Of a stretch of DNA of 64,000 bases, positions 46,199 through 61,816 are shown in pieces. Under the pieces are notes generated by a model, which made no database searches, was not told the origin of the DNA, and saw nothing but the letters and a program-made list of their open reading frames with translations. The translations under genes were made by a program, and so were the position numbers. The number at the start of each line of letters is the position of its first letter. Within the stretch, counting starts at the first letter, position 1. This stretch comes from the human T2T-CHM13v2.0 reference genome, Homo sapiens: NCBI RefSeq assembly GCF_009914755.1, contig NC_060947.1; one strand, 5' to 3'.

Positions 46199-46883
46199 TT
46201 ATTTAACCACCTGTTGCCCTGGTAATAATATTAACAATATTTCCTTTGTTTCTAAACTGTATAAATACTCATAGGATTCCCTGTGGAAGAGGACTGTCAG
46301 CACTCTATCTTTTCCCACACGTTTAGGCAATAAAATGACTGCAGATTCCTTAAACAAAGAGTGAGAGTCTTGTCTTATTTAATTATTACATCCCTACCTG
46401 CTACTATGTATTTGCCTGCTTCTTGTTATTCTCACTCCCTAAATATCAGTTCCACAAGGGCAGGGATTTTTGTCTGGCTTGTTAACTGCTGGGTCTGCAG
46501 GGCATTAGATAGGCACCAGGAAACAGTGGATGCTCAATAAACATCTGCTAAATGAATCAATCAATGAAATAAACAAAACTTTAGAGATTACGATAAAATG
46601 CCAGAAGGACAGTCTGAGTTAGAGGTAAAAATGTGGGCATCCCATGGAGGATAAGTAGTATTTCAAGTGTGAAGACCTGGATAAGATGACCTAGAGAGGA
46701 TGCGTGAGAAGAGAGAAGGGAATCCCAGGGCTTTGCCCTGGGGAACCCCAGCATTTCAAGTTTTAGAGAAGTAGGAGAAGCCAGCCCAGCGGACTGAGCA
46801 GGAGGGGCCTGTGGAGGAACAGGAAAAACAGAAGAGGGTTTTTCTCCAGGGCCTGGAACATTCGAGGGTCTGCAGGGCATTAG

Positions 46884-49380
<2,497 letters not shown>

Positions 49381-49419
49381 TCCTGACAACATCAGAGAAA
49401 AAGTGCCAGCAGCCTCCAG

Positions 49420-50729
49420 CATCACTTTGAAAAATATATATTTACAGGAACAATTCCCCATTCTCTGGGACTCTTTAGAAAAAAAAAAGGTCCATTTTGG
49501 GGAAGTAAAACAAACAGTGGAGACGAGTGTAGCACTGTCCCCCAAATCACCAACCCCCAGGTCCCAAGGCCTGGGCTGGGCCAGCGCTAACAGGTGAGCC
49601 CAGGAGTCTTTTGAACCCACTCTCTCTTGCCTAGAATAGAGACAGGACAGGCTTTATGTCCCCCATTCCTCCCTCCCAACTCCAGGGACATTGAAAGGGT
49701 CCTTTGTACCCGCCCGCAGGAAATTGGGGGGCTGGGAGGGAGGGAACTGAAAATTCATGTTTGGTATCAAAAATAAACACTTGGAGTGGGGGAGGCGGCA
49801 GGAAGATTCCCCCCCAAATCCCTTCCTTCCCACCCACCCCACCAAATATAGGAAGAGATGACTCCCTCTCCCCTATTGAAAAGCCCCATTTAAAAATAGA
49901 TTATACTATCAAAATGGCAGCGGGGGAGAGACAGGGAGACCTGGAGTACTGGCTGGAGGGGCCCCCCAGACGGGGACCACCCCCCAAAAAAACCCTCCAT
50001 TGGGAGGAAACAGGCAGGACCCCAGGGAGGTTGGCAGACAAAGGAATGGCTTCTCAGGGGGAAGAACAAAAGGGACATTCCTCCCTGGCCAAAAAGTTGG
50101 TTGAAAAGGATAAGCTGTCTGAGAGAAAGGTTGGGGAGGTGGAAATTTCTATTCCAAGGGTGTGATTCTTCCTTGGCCAAGACTCCCAACCCATTAAATG
50201 GTACAAATTCTTCCTGGACCCCTGAGTATGGCCAGGAATAATAAAACAAAACAAACTAACTCTTCTACTCACATCCAAAAACGCAGACAGGGCTCCCTCA
50301 TCTCCCCAAGGGCAGGCTGAGAAATAAAGAAAGAAAGGTCGTTCTCAAGCCAGACCTCGATTGTCTTGTCTTGGGGAAAAAAGTGGGGAGGTGGGGGAGA
50401 TGTCCTAACCACCCTAAAAGGTTAGGTCAGGCTCCTCCCAGTGGCCTTCAAAAAATAAATAAATAAACCGCCCCTACCATTGAAGTAGGAGACGTGTAAG
50501 GGCGGCCACTGGGGGACTGACAGAAAACAGAGAAGTTGTGGAAGCTGTGTGTTTTCTGTGGAGGAGATAATGAGAGTTACTCTTGGGAGTAATTCTTCCC
50601 AAGGATCCCCACCCCACCACAATCAGAGCATGAGTCTTTCAGTTGAACTATGTTTCTCCTTGAGATGGCTGGCTGGAGAGAGCATGGATGGAGTGACCCC
50701 AGAAGGGGTGGTGGTGGTGGTGGTAGTAG
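49420..50729 (-). other. ELK1: ELK1 3'UTR with probable variant poly(A) signal AATATA (49437-49442)
   Basis: Follows the stop codon; ends ...CCTGTAAATATATATTTTTCAAAGTGA as in the recalled mRNA. Confidence 0.65.
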
Positions 50730-50828
50730 TCATGGCTTCTGGGGCCCTGGGGAGAGCACCACGGGGGTCGAGAGGCCATCCACGCTGATAGAAGGGATGT
50801 GCACCTGGGCGCTGCCACTGGATGGAAA
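50730..50828 (-). CDS. ELK1: ELK1 last coding exon (99 nt)
   Basis: FPSSGSAQVHIPSISVDGLSTPVVLSPGPQKP*; five coding exons total 1287 nt = 428 aa. Confidence 0.97.
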   Translation of the reverse strand, partial: FPSSGSAQVHIPSISVDGLSTPVVLSPGPQKP

Positions 50829-50913
50829 CTGGGGGCAAAAAGAGGGAGAGGTCACAGATGGGGGCCATTCTTGGGTCTCTCACCCTGTCCAAAACGGGGA
50901 AAGAGGATCCTAC

Positions 50914-51015
50914 CTGGAAGGAGAGCTTGGCCGGGCTACGGGGCGCAATGGGACTCAGGGTGCTCCAGAAGTGAATGCTAGGAGGCAGCGAGCTGGGTGT
51001 CAGCAGCACCGGGGT
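50914..51015 (-). CDS. ELK1: ELK1 coding exon 4 (102 nt; MAPK sites S383/S389)
   Basis: TPVLLTPSSLPPSIHFWSTLSPIAPRSPAKLSFQ; AG/GT. Confidence 0.97.
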
Positions 51016-51651
51016 CTGTGGGGAGAGGGTGGTCGGAGCTCAAGTGAGTAGAAAGTAGATGTGGGATGCTGGAAGGGACTTGGTCCCGGCCCCACCACAG
51101 ATTTCCCACTCACACTCCCAGGGTCACTCCCCAAAGTGCACACACCTAGATGGTAACCATGGAGGCCATGCCTATGATCTCTCAAACTCTGCAGACACCC
51201 CCCACTCCCCACTCCCGAGAGCCCACCCTCAGTTGCTGAGACCTCATTGGTCAAGACCACCCACAAGACCCTATCCAAATGCTGCTCTCAAACCTCTCAA
51301 GTCACCATCCCAACAGCTCAGGGTCAACTTCCAACTCATGTCCCACCCATGAAACCCCATATGCACATCCCAGACCAAAAAGCCCTGCTCAGGTTCCTTA
51401 AGCCACACCCCAACCTAGAAACAGTCCCACAGAAAGACCCTCGGTCCCACCCACAAAAGTCCCCAGCCCTGCCCTTCACTAATCAAACCCCATCCCTCCA
51501 GCCAGCATCAGCCCAGTCAATCACACTCAAAGGCTCCACCCTCTTCAGGAACAACCACACTCACCCTCCTCTGATTCCTGTCAGTCACCCGCCACATGCC
51601 AATCCCATTGGTGCTGGCGCCCACACACCCCACCCCTCCGCAGGCACTCAC

Positions 51652-52083
51652 CAATGTATGCGTAGGAAGCAGGGATGGGGTCAGCGCCGGCCCCGGAGCC
51701 TGGAGGCCGGAGCCACTTCCCGATCCTGGGGTCCGTTCGGGTCCCGGCCCACCTAGCAGGCTCGGGCTGAGTGGAAGCTCTAGGTCCCGGGGCTTCCGGC
51801 CCTTCTGCGGCTGGGAGATCTCAGGGCTGGAAGCCGCATGGCCGCCCGCCTGCCCTGCGGTGTCCATAACAACCGCGGGCAGCCGGGCTGGCACGCCCTC
51901 CTGTGGAGGGACTTCTGGCTCGGCCTTGGTGGTTTCTGGCACAAACCCTCTCTCCCCCGCAACTTCCAACTCTTCCTTGGGCCCTTCTACTTTCACTTCT
52001 GGGGGCAAAGCCCGGCCCAAACCCGGCTCCACATTAAGCTCTTCCGATTTCAGGTTTGGGGCCTCGGGCGGGGTCAGGATGAC
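51652..52083 (-). CDS. ELK1: ELK1 coding exon 3 (432 nt; SUMO motifs, D-domain)
   Basis: VILTPPEAPNLKSEE...VKVE...KGRKPRDLELP...PTHTL; AG/GT. Confidence 0.97.
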
Positions 52084-52352
52084 CTGGTAGAGGAGCAGGC
52101 ACAAAGAGGGTGTGTAAGGATTGTTGGGACCACAGGATTCTCCTGTGGGCCACCCAGTGATTTCCCCGGGAAGGTGGCACTTGGTACTCAGGGCATGACT
52201 GCACATCAGAGCAAGTCCTCCAACAGGACATAGGACTTCGTCAAGGAAGTAGGGCTTCCTCTGGGGCAGGTCCTCCTATGGGACAGGGGACTTGGGGTGA
52301 GACAACCTGAAGCGGGTAGGAATCTGAGGGATACCATCCTCATTCATTAAAA

Positions 52353-52544
52353 CAGTGGTTCTCAAAAATTTACCTTCCTCTGGACCAGCAATATCTGCCT
52401 CATTTGGTAACAAGTTAAAAATGCAAATTATTGGGCCCCTCCCCAGCCCCACAAATTCAGAAACTCTGGGGGTGTGCCTGGCAATCTGTGGTTTAACAAG
52501 ACCTACAGGTGATTCTGATGAGCACTAGAGTGCGAGAACCAGTG
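52353..52544 (+). mobile_element. MER5A hAT-Charlie MITE
   Basis: TIRs cagtggttctc and gagaaccagtg; 8-bp TSD cattaaaa / cattaaac. Confidence 0.85.
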
Positions 52545-52795
52545 CATTAAACATATTCCAGGCACCTACATGTTCGGCAGCTACTAACTGTAGCACAGTA
52601 TTCTCCCCTTTCTGTCTCAGGATTTGTGTAGCTCTCTGCCCCACCCCTCCTTCTAAGAGGATGTCTTCCTTCCACCATTATCTCCTTTAACGGGACAGCT
52701 ATGTCTCTTCTACCAGCCTCCCTCGTCATCCGGGGATTACACATCCCTCCTCTTTACTGCCTCCTCTTACTGAATTTCTATATTCCAGTCCTTAC

Positions 52796-53239
52796 CTGCA
52801 GAGGCAAGCCGGCCTCTTCAGCCTCCAGACAGGCCTCCAAGGGGCTTGGACTGGTGCTCCTGCTCCCCGAGGGGGGCGCTGCTGCCCCTGCAGGAGCTGC
52901 ACTGGGGAGCACCACAGCAGGCCGAGGATGAGGGGGTGGCTGCGGCTGCAGAGACTGGATGGTGAAGGTGGAATAGAGGCCCGAGCGCATGTACTCGTTC
53001 CGGCTGCTGCGTGCCAAACCGCCTGGGCCTGCCATTCCTGCACCCTTGGGTGTGCCTGGCTTTCCAGAGACAGTGTCCCCTGGGGCGGCATGTATAGCAG
53101 CAGGGGCCACATTTGGCATGGTGGAGGTAACAGACACCTCTGGCTGGGGCGGGCAGTCCTCAGTGGAGCACCCTGCGACCTCAGGGTAGGACACAAACTT
53201 GTAGACGAACTTCTGGCCGCTCACCTTGCGGATGATGTT
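52796..53239 (-). CDS. ELK1: ELK1 coding exon 2 (444 nt; end of ETS domain, B-box)
   Basis: NIIRKVSGQKFVYKFVSYPE...SSRNEYMRSGLYSTFTIQSL...GLPLQ; AG/GT. Confidence 0.97.
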
Positions 53240-53749
53240 CTAGGAAGGGAGGAGAGGAACAGAGGGCCTTAGAGGAAAGGGGCAGGCTGGAGGCAGGGTG
53301 TCAGGGGGGAGGAGGGGGGTGGAGTGGCATTTCTCTTCTCCTAGTGGCTTTCTTCCCACTTGCTCCTCTCCGGCTTTCCCGTCCCTCCTCTGTAAGTTTC
53401 TCTCTCAGCCCATTTCCTCTCCCATTGGTTTCTACCTCTTTCCTCTCCCGCCAGATTCCCCTTATCTATATCCCTCCCCAGTTCCTCCCCTTTCTCTCTT
53501 CTCTCCACAATAATTTTTTCTTTAAGCCCCTTCCCATCCACCCCTTTCCAAGCCTCCCTTTGTCACTCTCCAGGTCCGTCTATCTGATTTTCCCACTCCC
53601 TCCACACTGTAGCTCCTCTTCACAATGGGGCCCATGAAGGGCAGTAGGTGTGGGAGCAGGTCTTCTTCCTGGCTCCAAGAACCAGAGGTTCACAGGGCCA
53701 GGCCTTGTGGGTGACTGTCAGGACACAGTTTTGGAGACTAGCAAATGCA

Positions 53750-55110
53750 ATAAGACAAGAAAATGAAGTAACTGATATAAATGTTGGAAGAAAGTAAATT
53801 AATGTAGATGGATGGGGTGATGAATTATTAATACAGAGGATTATTTGAAGCTAATGATACAGAAGTGGAACAGGGCAAGGTCACTGCAGAGGAGAGGGTG
53901 AGGAGGCCTCATTATTAATACCACTGTGGAGGTTGAAGCTAAAATGGTAAGAAAATGAAGTAACTAACAGCAATTAGACAAGAATATTAAAAATACTGGT
54001 ATAAATATTGGGAGGGGGCCTATATCAAGGCTGGCTTTGCTGGGTCACAGAGCATGTTTGGGGTTTTTCAGGTCTGGTGGGTCTCAGAGATGACCTAGTG
54101 TTCCCAGAGGGCAGAGTGAGATAGCCTCATTACTAATATTGTTCTGGAGGGTTGAGCTCAAGGAATAAAATATGAAAATGGAATAAATGCCATAAACTAT
54201 GAAGGGTGTGCAGCATATGACCAGGGCAGTTCTGGGAGTGTGGAGGCACTAGGGCATTCTGTGGAAGTCTTAGTGCTGGTCAGATATGTCACAGGGTGGG
54301 CCTGTGTTTCTCGGAAGAGGAATAAAAAGGGATATTCATGAATATTGTTTGGGAAATTTCAGTAGAAGGATTAAGAAAATGAAATAACTGGTATAAATAT
54401 TGGGGGGAGGAGAAACCCAGCAGTGGCCTGGGGGTCTGAGAGGGCAGGATGGGGGAAATTTTAAATTTTAGCTGTAGGAATAAGATAATGAAAACAATTG
54501 ATATAAATATTGGGGTAGACCAGTGCTCCTCTGGGAATTTAAGAAGACAGTGTGTGGAAGTTGGCATTAAACATGTTGTTTCAGAGGTTTTAGCTTAAGG
54601 AATAAGAGAAGAAAATAATTAGTTAAAAATGTTGGGAGTCCCAGAGGACGAAGTAAGCAAAAGTTGGTATAATACTGTCAGGGAGGTTTTGATTCTAGGA
54701 ATATGAAATATTCTGGAATAAGAGAAGACTATGAAATAACTAGGGAAGCCCAGCACTGGTCCAGGGGTTTCAGAGGACAGAATGAGGACCAGCCATTATT
54801 AACCGTGTTTTCAAGATGTTGGCTATAGGAATACGGCAGGAAAATGAAACGTTGTGCATGGCAGGGCAGCATCACTTTGGGGATCTCAGAGTGGGAGTAG
54901 AAAGAGTCAGTATTAATAATGCAGTGGTGGTTTTCGCCAAAGCAGTAAGACAAGAAAGTAGGTGAGATAGTGTTTAGGGGCCCAATACTGGTCTTAGGGT
55001 ACCAATGGATGGGTTAAAAACTGATAAATTTTAACATTGCTTTCAAAGTCATAGCTATGGCAATTAAAACAAAATAAAATCTCTGATATAAATGTCAGGG
55101 GGGGGTTCCA
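53750..55110. repeat. Degenerate ~110-bp tandem array in an ELK1 intron
   Basis: Recurring gaaaatgaa.taactg.tataaatattggg with anchors at 53776, 54000, 54392, 54502, about 54624, 55087. Confidence 0.7.
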
Positions 55111-55132
55111 GCCCTGGTCTGAGAGACTGTAC

Positions 55133-55342
55133 CTTGTCATAGTAGTACCGCAAGGCCCGGCTGAGCTTGTCGTAATTCATGTTGGTCTTGTTCTTGCGTA
55201 GCCCCCACAGCCGGGCCACCTCCTCTGCATCCACCAGCTTGAATTCACCACCATCCCGTGAAGTCCAGGAGATGATGTGGCCATTGCCTTGCTCTCTCAG
55301 CAGCTGCAGCAGAAACTGCCACAGCGTCACAGATGGGTCCAT
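55133..55342 (-). CDS. ELK1: ELK1 first coding exon (210 nt coding, ETS domain; exon begins at 55376)
   Basis: [70 protein letters not shown]. Confidence 0.99.
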
Positions 55343-55356
55343 CGCTGGGGGAGTGC

Positions 55357-55365
55357 TCACGCCAT
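55357..55365 (-). promoter_or_regulatory. Two-codon uORF (ATG GCG TGA) 14 nt upstream of the ELK1 start
   Basis: GGGATGGCGTGA, strong Kozak context. Confidence 0.85.
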
Positions 55366-55569
55366 CCCAGGGGTACCTGGAGAGCAAACAGCTGAGTTGA
55401 GAGGCTGTGGACATAGGAGGGGCAGAGGTCAGCGGGAGGAGGATTCCTTTTTTTGTCATCTTTTCTCCATCTCTGTCTTCAAACCCTACCATCATTCCCT
55501 AAACCTTCCCAGACTAACTTCTAGCTCCCCAGTCTTGCTTGGGATGCTCCCTGTGATGGGATACAACTC

Positions 55570-56243
55570 ATGGGTATCTTAGGATGGTGTGAATGTATTT
55601 TGAATGTGAAACAAATGTGAATCTGTGGGGGTCAGAGGGCAGACTGTGGTAGGCCAAATGATGCCAACCCTGCTCCGCATCCTAATCCTCGGAACCTGTA
55701 TGTTATTTACACTACATAGCAGAAAGGAACTTTGCAGATGAAATTAAGGTTACAAACCCTAAGACAGGGAGATTATTTCTGGATTATTTGATGAAATTCA
55801 ATCTAATCATATGAGCTCTGAAAAGCAGATGATGGAGAAAGAAAGGTAGCTCAGAGATGTGATGACAGAAGAGGCAGGGGAGATTCAAAATGTGAGAGGG
55901 ACTCAACCTGCCATTGTTGGCTTTGAAGATGGAGGAAGGAGGCTCAGAATCAAGGACTGTGGGCAGCCTCTTAAAGCTGGGAATGGCTGTCAGCTGACAG
56001 ACAGTAAGGAAACAGGGACTTCAGTCCTACAATCTCAAGGAATTGGATTCTGCCAACAACTTGAATGAGCAGGAAATGGATTTTCCCCTAGAGCCTCCAG
56101 AAGGAACGCAACCCTGCCAATACCTTGATTTCAGCTGAGACCAGTGTGGGACTTCTGACCTACAGAACTGTAAGATAACAAATGTGTTGTTTTAAGCAGC
56201 TAAATTTGTGATTATTTGTTACAGCAAGAATAGAAAACTAGTT
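55570..56243 (+). mobile_element. MLT1 (MaLR) LTR with adjacent internal 3' end
   Basis: PPT gggggtcagagggcagac then TG at 55645; ccagaaggaacgcaaccctgcc...ttctgacctacagaactgtaagataa. Confidence 0.88.
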
Positions 56244-56487
56244 CCATCCTCCTCATTTGAATATTATCTGTATCTTCTACCATATCAATGTCAAGTTTTT
56301 CAGGAGGTTTTTTTTTTGCCAGACCCTTGCAAAGGCTGCTCACTCCACGTGGGGCTTCCTTCTTTCGCCTAGCAGTCTTTCTTATCTTTCAAGTCCCAGC
56401 CCAAAGGTCCTTTCCTTTATGAAGCCGTCCTAAAACTGAATGAATGCCTGATCTCTCTGTCCTGTTACTGTCCCTGAATGTTCTCGT

Positions 56488-57280
56488 TCTTTTTTTTTTT
56501 TTCTTTTTTTTTGAGATGGAGTCTCTCTCTGTTGCCCAGGCTGGAGCGCAGTATAGTGGCACAATCTTGACTCACTGCAACCTCTGCCTCCCAGGTTCAA
56601 GCGATTCTCATGCCTCAGCCTCCCGCATAGCTGGGATTACAGGTACCCACGACCACGCCCGGCTAATTTTTGTATTTTTAGTAGAGACATGGTTTCACCA
56701 TGTTGGCCAGACTGGTCTTGAACTCCTGACCTCAAGTGATCCACCCACCTCCCACCTTGGCTTCCCAAAGTGCTAGGATTACAGGTGTGAGATACCGTGC
56801 TCGGCCCTGAATATTCTCTTTCTTGATGACAGCAATAATTAACATCTATTGAGAGCTTAATACACATCAGGCACTCTTCTAAGCAGAGAGGCAATATGGC
56901 CTGCTGGACAACTGCCCAGGCACTAGGGCCAGATTGCCAGTGTTTGAATCCTGGTTCTGCCACTTATTAGCTGTGTGACCCTGGGCATATTCTTTTTCTT
57001 TTTTTAAGAAATGGGGTCTCACTATGTTGCCCAGGCTGTTCTTGAACTCCTGGGCTCAAGCAATCCTCTCTCCCTGGCCTCCTAAAGTGCTAGGATTACA
57101 GGCATGAGGCACCACGCTTGGCTGATATTCTTTAACCTCTTTGTACCTCAATTTTCTCATGTGTAAAACAGGGATAATGATATGCCCATTAGTAAAATGG
57201 GGATAACAATACCTAGTTCACAGAGATATTGTACAGATTAAATATTATATGCCTGAGGTGTATGATAAGCTCTAAATATT
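56488..57280. mobile_element. Alu (56488-56806 -), FLAM (56990-57123 -) and MIR
   Basis: Alu consensus; gaatcctggttctgccacttattagctgtgtgacc. Confidence 0.85.
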
Positions 57281-57294
57281 AGTTTCTGATTTGT

Positions 57295-57603
57295 TCATAG
57301 TCCCTTATCTGCCATTCCAACATCCAAAATGCTCTAAGGGCAGAAAGCTTCTTTTAACTCTTTTGGTGGCAAAACCTGATTTGAAATGAAACAAGGCCCT
57401 TTCTGGTCTTTATTGAATCTCACTTATTGCGAGTGTTCATACATTTTGCTGCAGAAATATGAACACAGCCGATTACAGAGCTTACTAAGGGGTGTTATGT
57501 AACATCGTATATGCATCATGTTACCTTTCTGAAATGTGAAGAAATGGAAATTCTGAAACACATCTGGCCCCAGGGGTTTTGGGTAAGGGCATGTACACCT
57601 GTA
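57295..57603. mobile_element. TcMar-Tigger family DNA element (MER46C-like)
   Basis: tcccttatctg..attcc...atccaaaatgctct at one end; ggtaaggg...cacctgta at the other. Confidence 0.55.
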
Positions 57604-58239
57604 CTGTTATTTTTTTTTTTAATGGGCATTGACTTATTTATCCCTGATCATGCCTCTGAGAAGTAGGTAGTCTTCCTGTCATTAACTTATAAATGAGGCA
57701 GCGGAGGCACAAATGTCTACGTACCTTCCACAGGCCACATGTGGCAAAGCCAGCATTTGGAGCCAGGCAGTCAGGTTCCAGTTGACTAAGCATTTCACCA
57801 TTAGGCTAAACGGCCCCTCACACCGACTATTCCCTCTCAGCATGTCCTTCAAAGAACAGGATCCTCCCTGTCACCCCATTACTGCTTTCTTTCCTGAGAG
57901 CAAACTGGAAATAAACATGAGCTTCCTGTTCAATTATACAAGTCACAAAGCCATGAAGTGTCCGATTAGAGAGTCCTGTCACCAGAGACCTCACTGAATT
58001 TGTTTTGCAGGCAGGCTTGTTTCAGAAGTCCAAAGAGTTCAGAGTGACTCCTGGTGGCAAAGACAGGCAATTTTACCAGTTCTTCTTTCAGCTGCAACAG
58101 AACCTATCAGCTGAGTGAAAGGTGACGGTGGGCTTCCAGCTTCAACAGCACACAGGGCTTTGTATTTTGTTATTTCTCCCACTTGACCCCTCATAAGAGT
58201 TCTAGTAATCTGCCTTGCTTAGATATGTTTACTTCTTTC

Positions 58240-59120
58240 CATCTCCTTCACTTAGCAAGCATTTGGTGAGTGCATACTGTGGGCCAGGTGCTGCGGATAC
58301 AGTCGAGAACGCAACAGACAACAATCCCTGCTCCAGAGGAGCTCACATCTTAGCAGGAAAGGCAGATGAGAAAAAAGGCAAACATGTACAAGAGTGCGTC
58401 AGATGGTGGTAAGGGTTATGGGAAAAAAATCAAGCAGGGGAGAGCTGTTACTTTTACATGGAGAGTCAGGGGAGAGTAGTCGCCAAGGAGGGGACAACTG
58501 GGCAGAGACCAAAAGGAGGTGAAGGAACTGAGCTCGTGAGTATCTGAGAGCAGCAAGCCAGGTGGAAGCGGCAGCCGGTGTGAAGGGCCCAAGGCTGGAG
58601 AGTGCCTGGCAGGTGACATGGGGAGAGGAGGCTGACATGGGTTCGGGGGAGAGGAGGGAGGCAGCGGGAGAGGAGAACAGAGTGACGGGGGCCAGACTGA
58701 GCCAGGCTTTTTCGGGTGCTGTCAGGATGTTGAGTGAGACAGGAGCCACAAGAGGGTTGTGAACAGAGGGATGACAGGCTGTGACTGAGATTTCAACAGG
58801 ATCCCCCTGGCGGTTGTGAGAAGAACAGACTGTTGGGGCTGAAGAAGCCACTGCGGTAGATGATGGTGGTAGCAGTGGGGCTGGCGAGAAGTAGCTGGGG
58901 TCTGGAGAAAGCCTGAACACAGAATAGGACTTGCTGACAGATAGCATGCCCGGGGGAGGTGAGAGAAGGGTCCAGGGTGAGTCTAGGTTTGTGGCCTAAT
59001 CACCCACAAAGACAGCATTGTGGTCAGCTGAGGTGGGAGCCTTGCAGGAGAGTAAGTTTTGAGGGGGGTCACACCAGTTTTGGAGATGGTCAGTTTCAGA
59101 GGCCTGTCAGACATCTACGG
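58240..59120 (-). mobile_element. L2 LINE 3' portion
   Basis: catttggtgagtgcatactgtgggccaggtgctg...ggagctcacatcttagc...ggagccacaagagggttgtgaacagagg. Confidence 0.8.
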
Positions 59121-60003
59121 GTATGCTATGAATACATTTTAATAATTTAAAAATGCAAGCCAGGCATACGATCCTTACCGTGGGCTGCACACTCTTTGAA
59201 TCATTTAACTCATTGAATCCTCAAACCACCGTTAAAGGGTGGGGATTATCATTTCCCCCATTTTCCACATGAGGCAATGGAGGTACAGAGAAGTAACCTG
59301 CCCCAAGTCACACAGCTGGAAGTTGGCAGAGCCGGAATTCAAAACCTAAGTGGTTTGGCTCTAGTGAGCAATCGCCTTACACCACCAGTTCTCCATGAAG
59401 AGAAACAGAGAAGGGTAAGATCCTAGAGAGTGACAGGAATGCTGTTTTTACACAGGGTGTACAAGGAGTTCTTCCCCAAGGAAGTGACACCTGGCCTGAA
59501 GGAGGGGAGGTAGCAAGCCAGGCTGCCCTCTGTGGGGGAGGGCCTTCAGGCGGAGCGAACGGCGTGTACAAAGGCTCTGAGGCAGCCACCCTGAACTATC
59601 TACCGTTCCCGAGACAGTTCCAACCTCTGAGGGTAAGCACGGGCTGCTCTCCCCGCAGGGAGAGCTCTTCCCTCACTTCATGGACTCAATTACACAATCA
59701 TCGCATTCCAGGAAGAATTCATTCTTCCTCTGCGTGATCAAAGGTGCCAAATAACCTGCCTGCCCTTGCAAATCTGTTCTTCTTTCTGAGTCTTCAGCCT
59801 TATGTTCCTCTGCCCCTGTTCTGGCTATTCTGGCTCAAGGTTACCCTGAGCAAGTTACTCAGCCTCTCTTTGCTTGTTTCCTCATCTGTAAAATGGGGAT
59901 ATTTTACTCTCAAAGTCAAATATTCTCAAAAGTACACCTACCCTCCAAGGCTTCTGTGAGGATTAACTGTGTCAATTCTGTAAAATACTTCTGTAAAAGA
60001 CTT

Positions 60004-60605
60004 GAGGGGTTGACTTTTTTTTTTGTTTTTACAAGTAGCATTGTTAGGAACTTCTTTTTTATACATGTGCCTTTGTATAGTATATTCCAAGCACCATAGT
60101 GTTTAACAATGAATATTTACTGAAATAACACTACCCAGGTGCCAGAAAATCAAATCACTCTTAGAAACATCTTTTATGCCTGTGCCTTTAGGAGAGTGTA
60201 TTATGCACACCACAGTGGTTATTTTTTGGGTTTTTTTTCGGAGACGGGGATCTCACTATGTTGCACAGGCTGGCCTGGAACTCCTGGGCTCAAGTGATCC
60301 TCCCACCTCAGCCTCTGTGCCCAGCTATACACCACAGTTTTGTGAACACATTCTTTCAATGCAACAACACAGTCCTTATTCACATATACAACTAGCACTC
60401 TTAGAAACAGCTTTTATACCTGTGCCTCCATAGAGCATATTACATACCTCAGTTTTGTGAACATATCCTTTTGAAAAGGAGGAAAATCCTTATTCATATA
60501 TAAACTGGCATTCTTAGAAATATCTTTGACACATGTATCTTTTTGTAGTGCATTCCAGGCACCACCGTGTGGTAAACATCCTTTGGGGGTTGGTATTTGA
60601 ACAGA
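60004..60605 (+). repeat. Local direct duplication, copy 1
   Basis: Aligns end to end with 61817-62447. Confidence 0.92.
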
Positions 60606-60659
60606 AAAGTGCCTCTGATGTGTGGCAGATACTCCACAGATATTAGCTATTAGCTAGTG

Positions 60660-61500
<841 letters not shown>

Positions 61501-61816
61501 ACTAATTAGCTCTCATATCCCTTCTTCTTCCTCATGTGACCCCTACACTGGTGTCTCAAATTATCTTTTTCCCATTTATTCATGGGATAAATTCTTATTG
61601 AGCATCTGCTGTTTACCTGGTACATTTTCAGTTGCTGGAGACATAGCGGTGAATGAGCAGACAAAAACTGAGTCCTCATGGGACTCACATTCTAATGAGG
61701 AGAGACAGACAACAAACAAGTAACCCACACAGTGTGTCAGACAGTGATAAAGGGCAACGGGACAAATCAGGGACCTGGCTTGAGCCCTGCTGGGTGTGCA
61801 GCTTCAGATGGTCAGG

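Noticed and set aside
55343-55495. N-terminal extension of ELK1 in the ORF track
   Set aside because: Runs through the acceptor at 55377 into intron sequence
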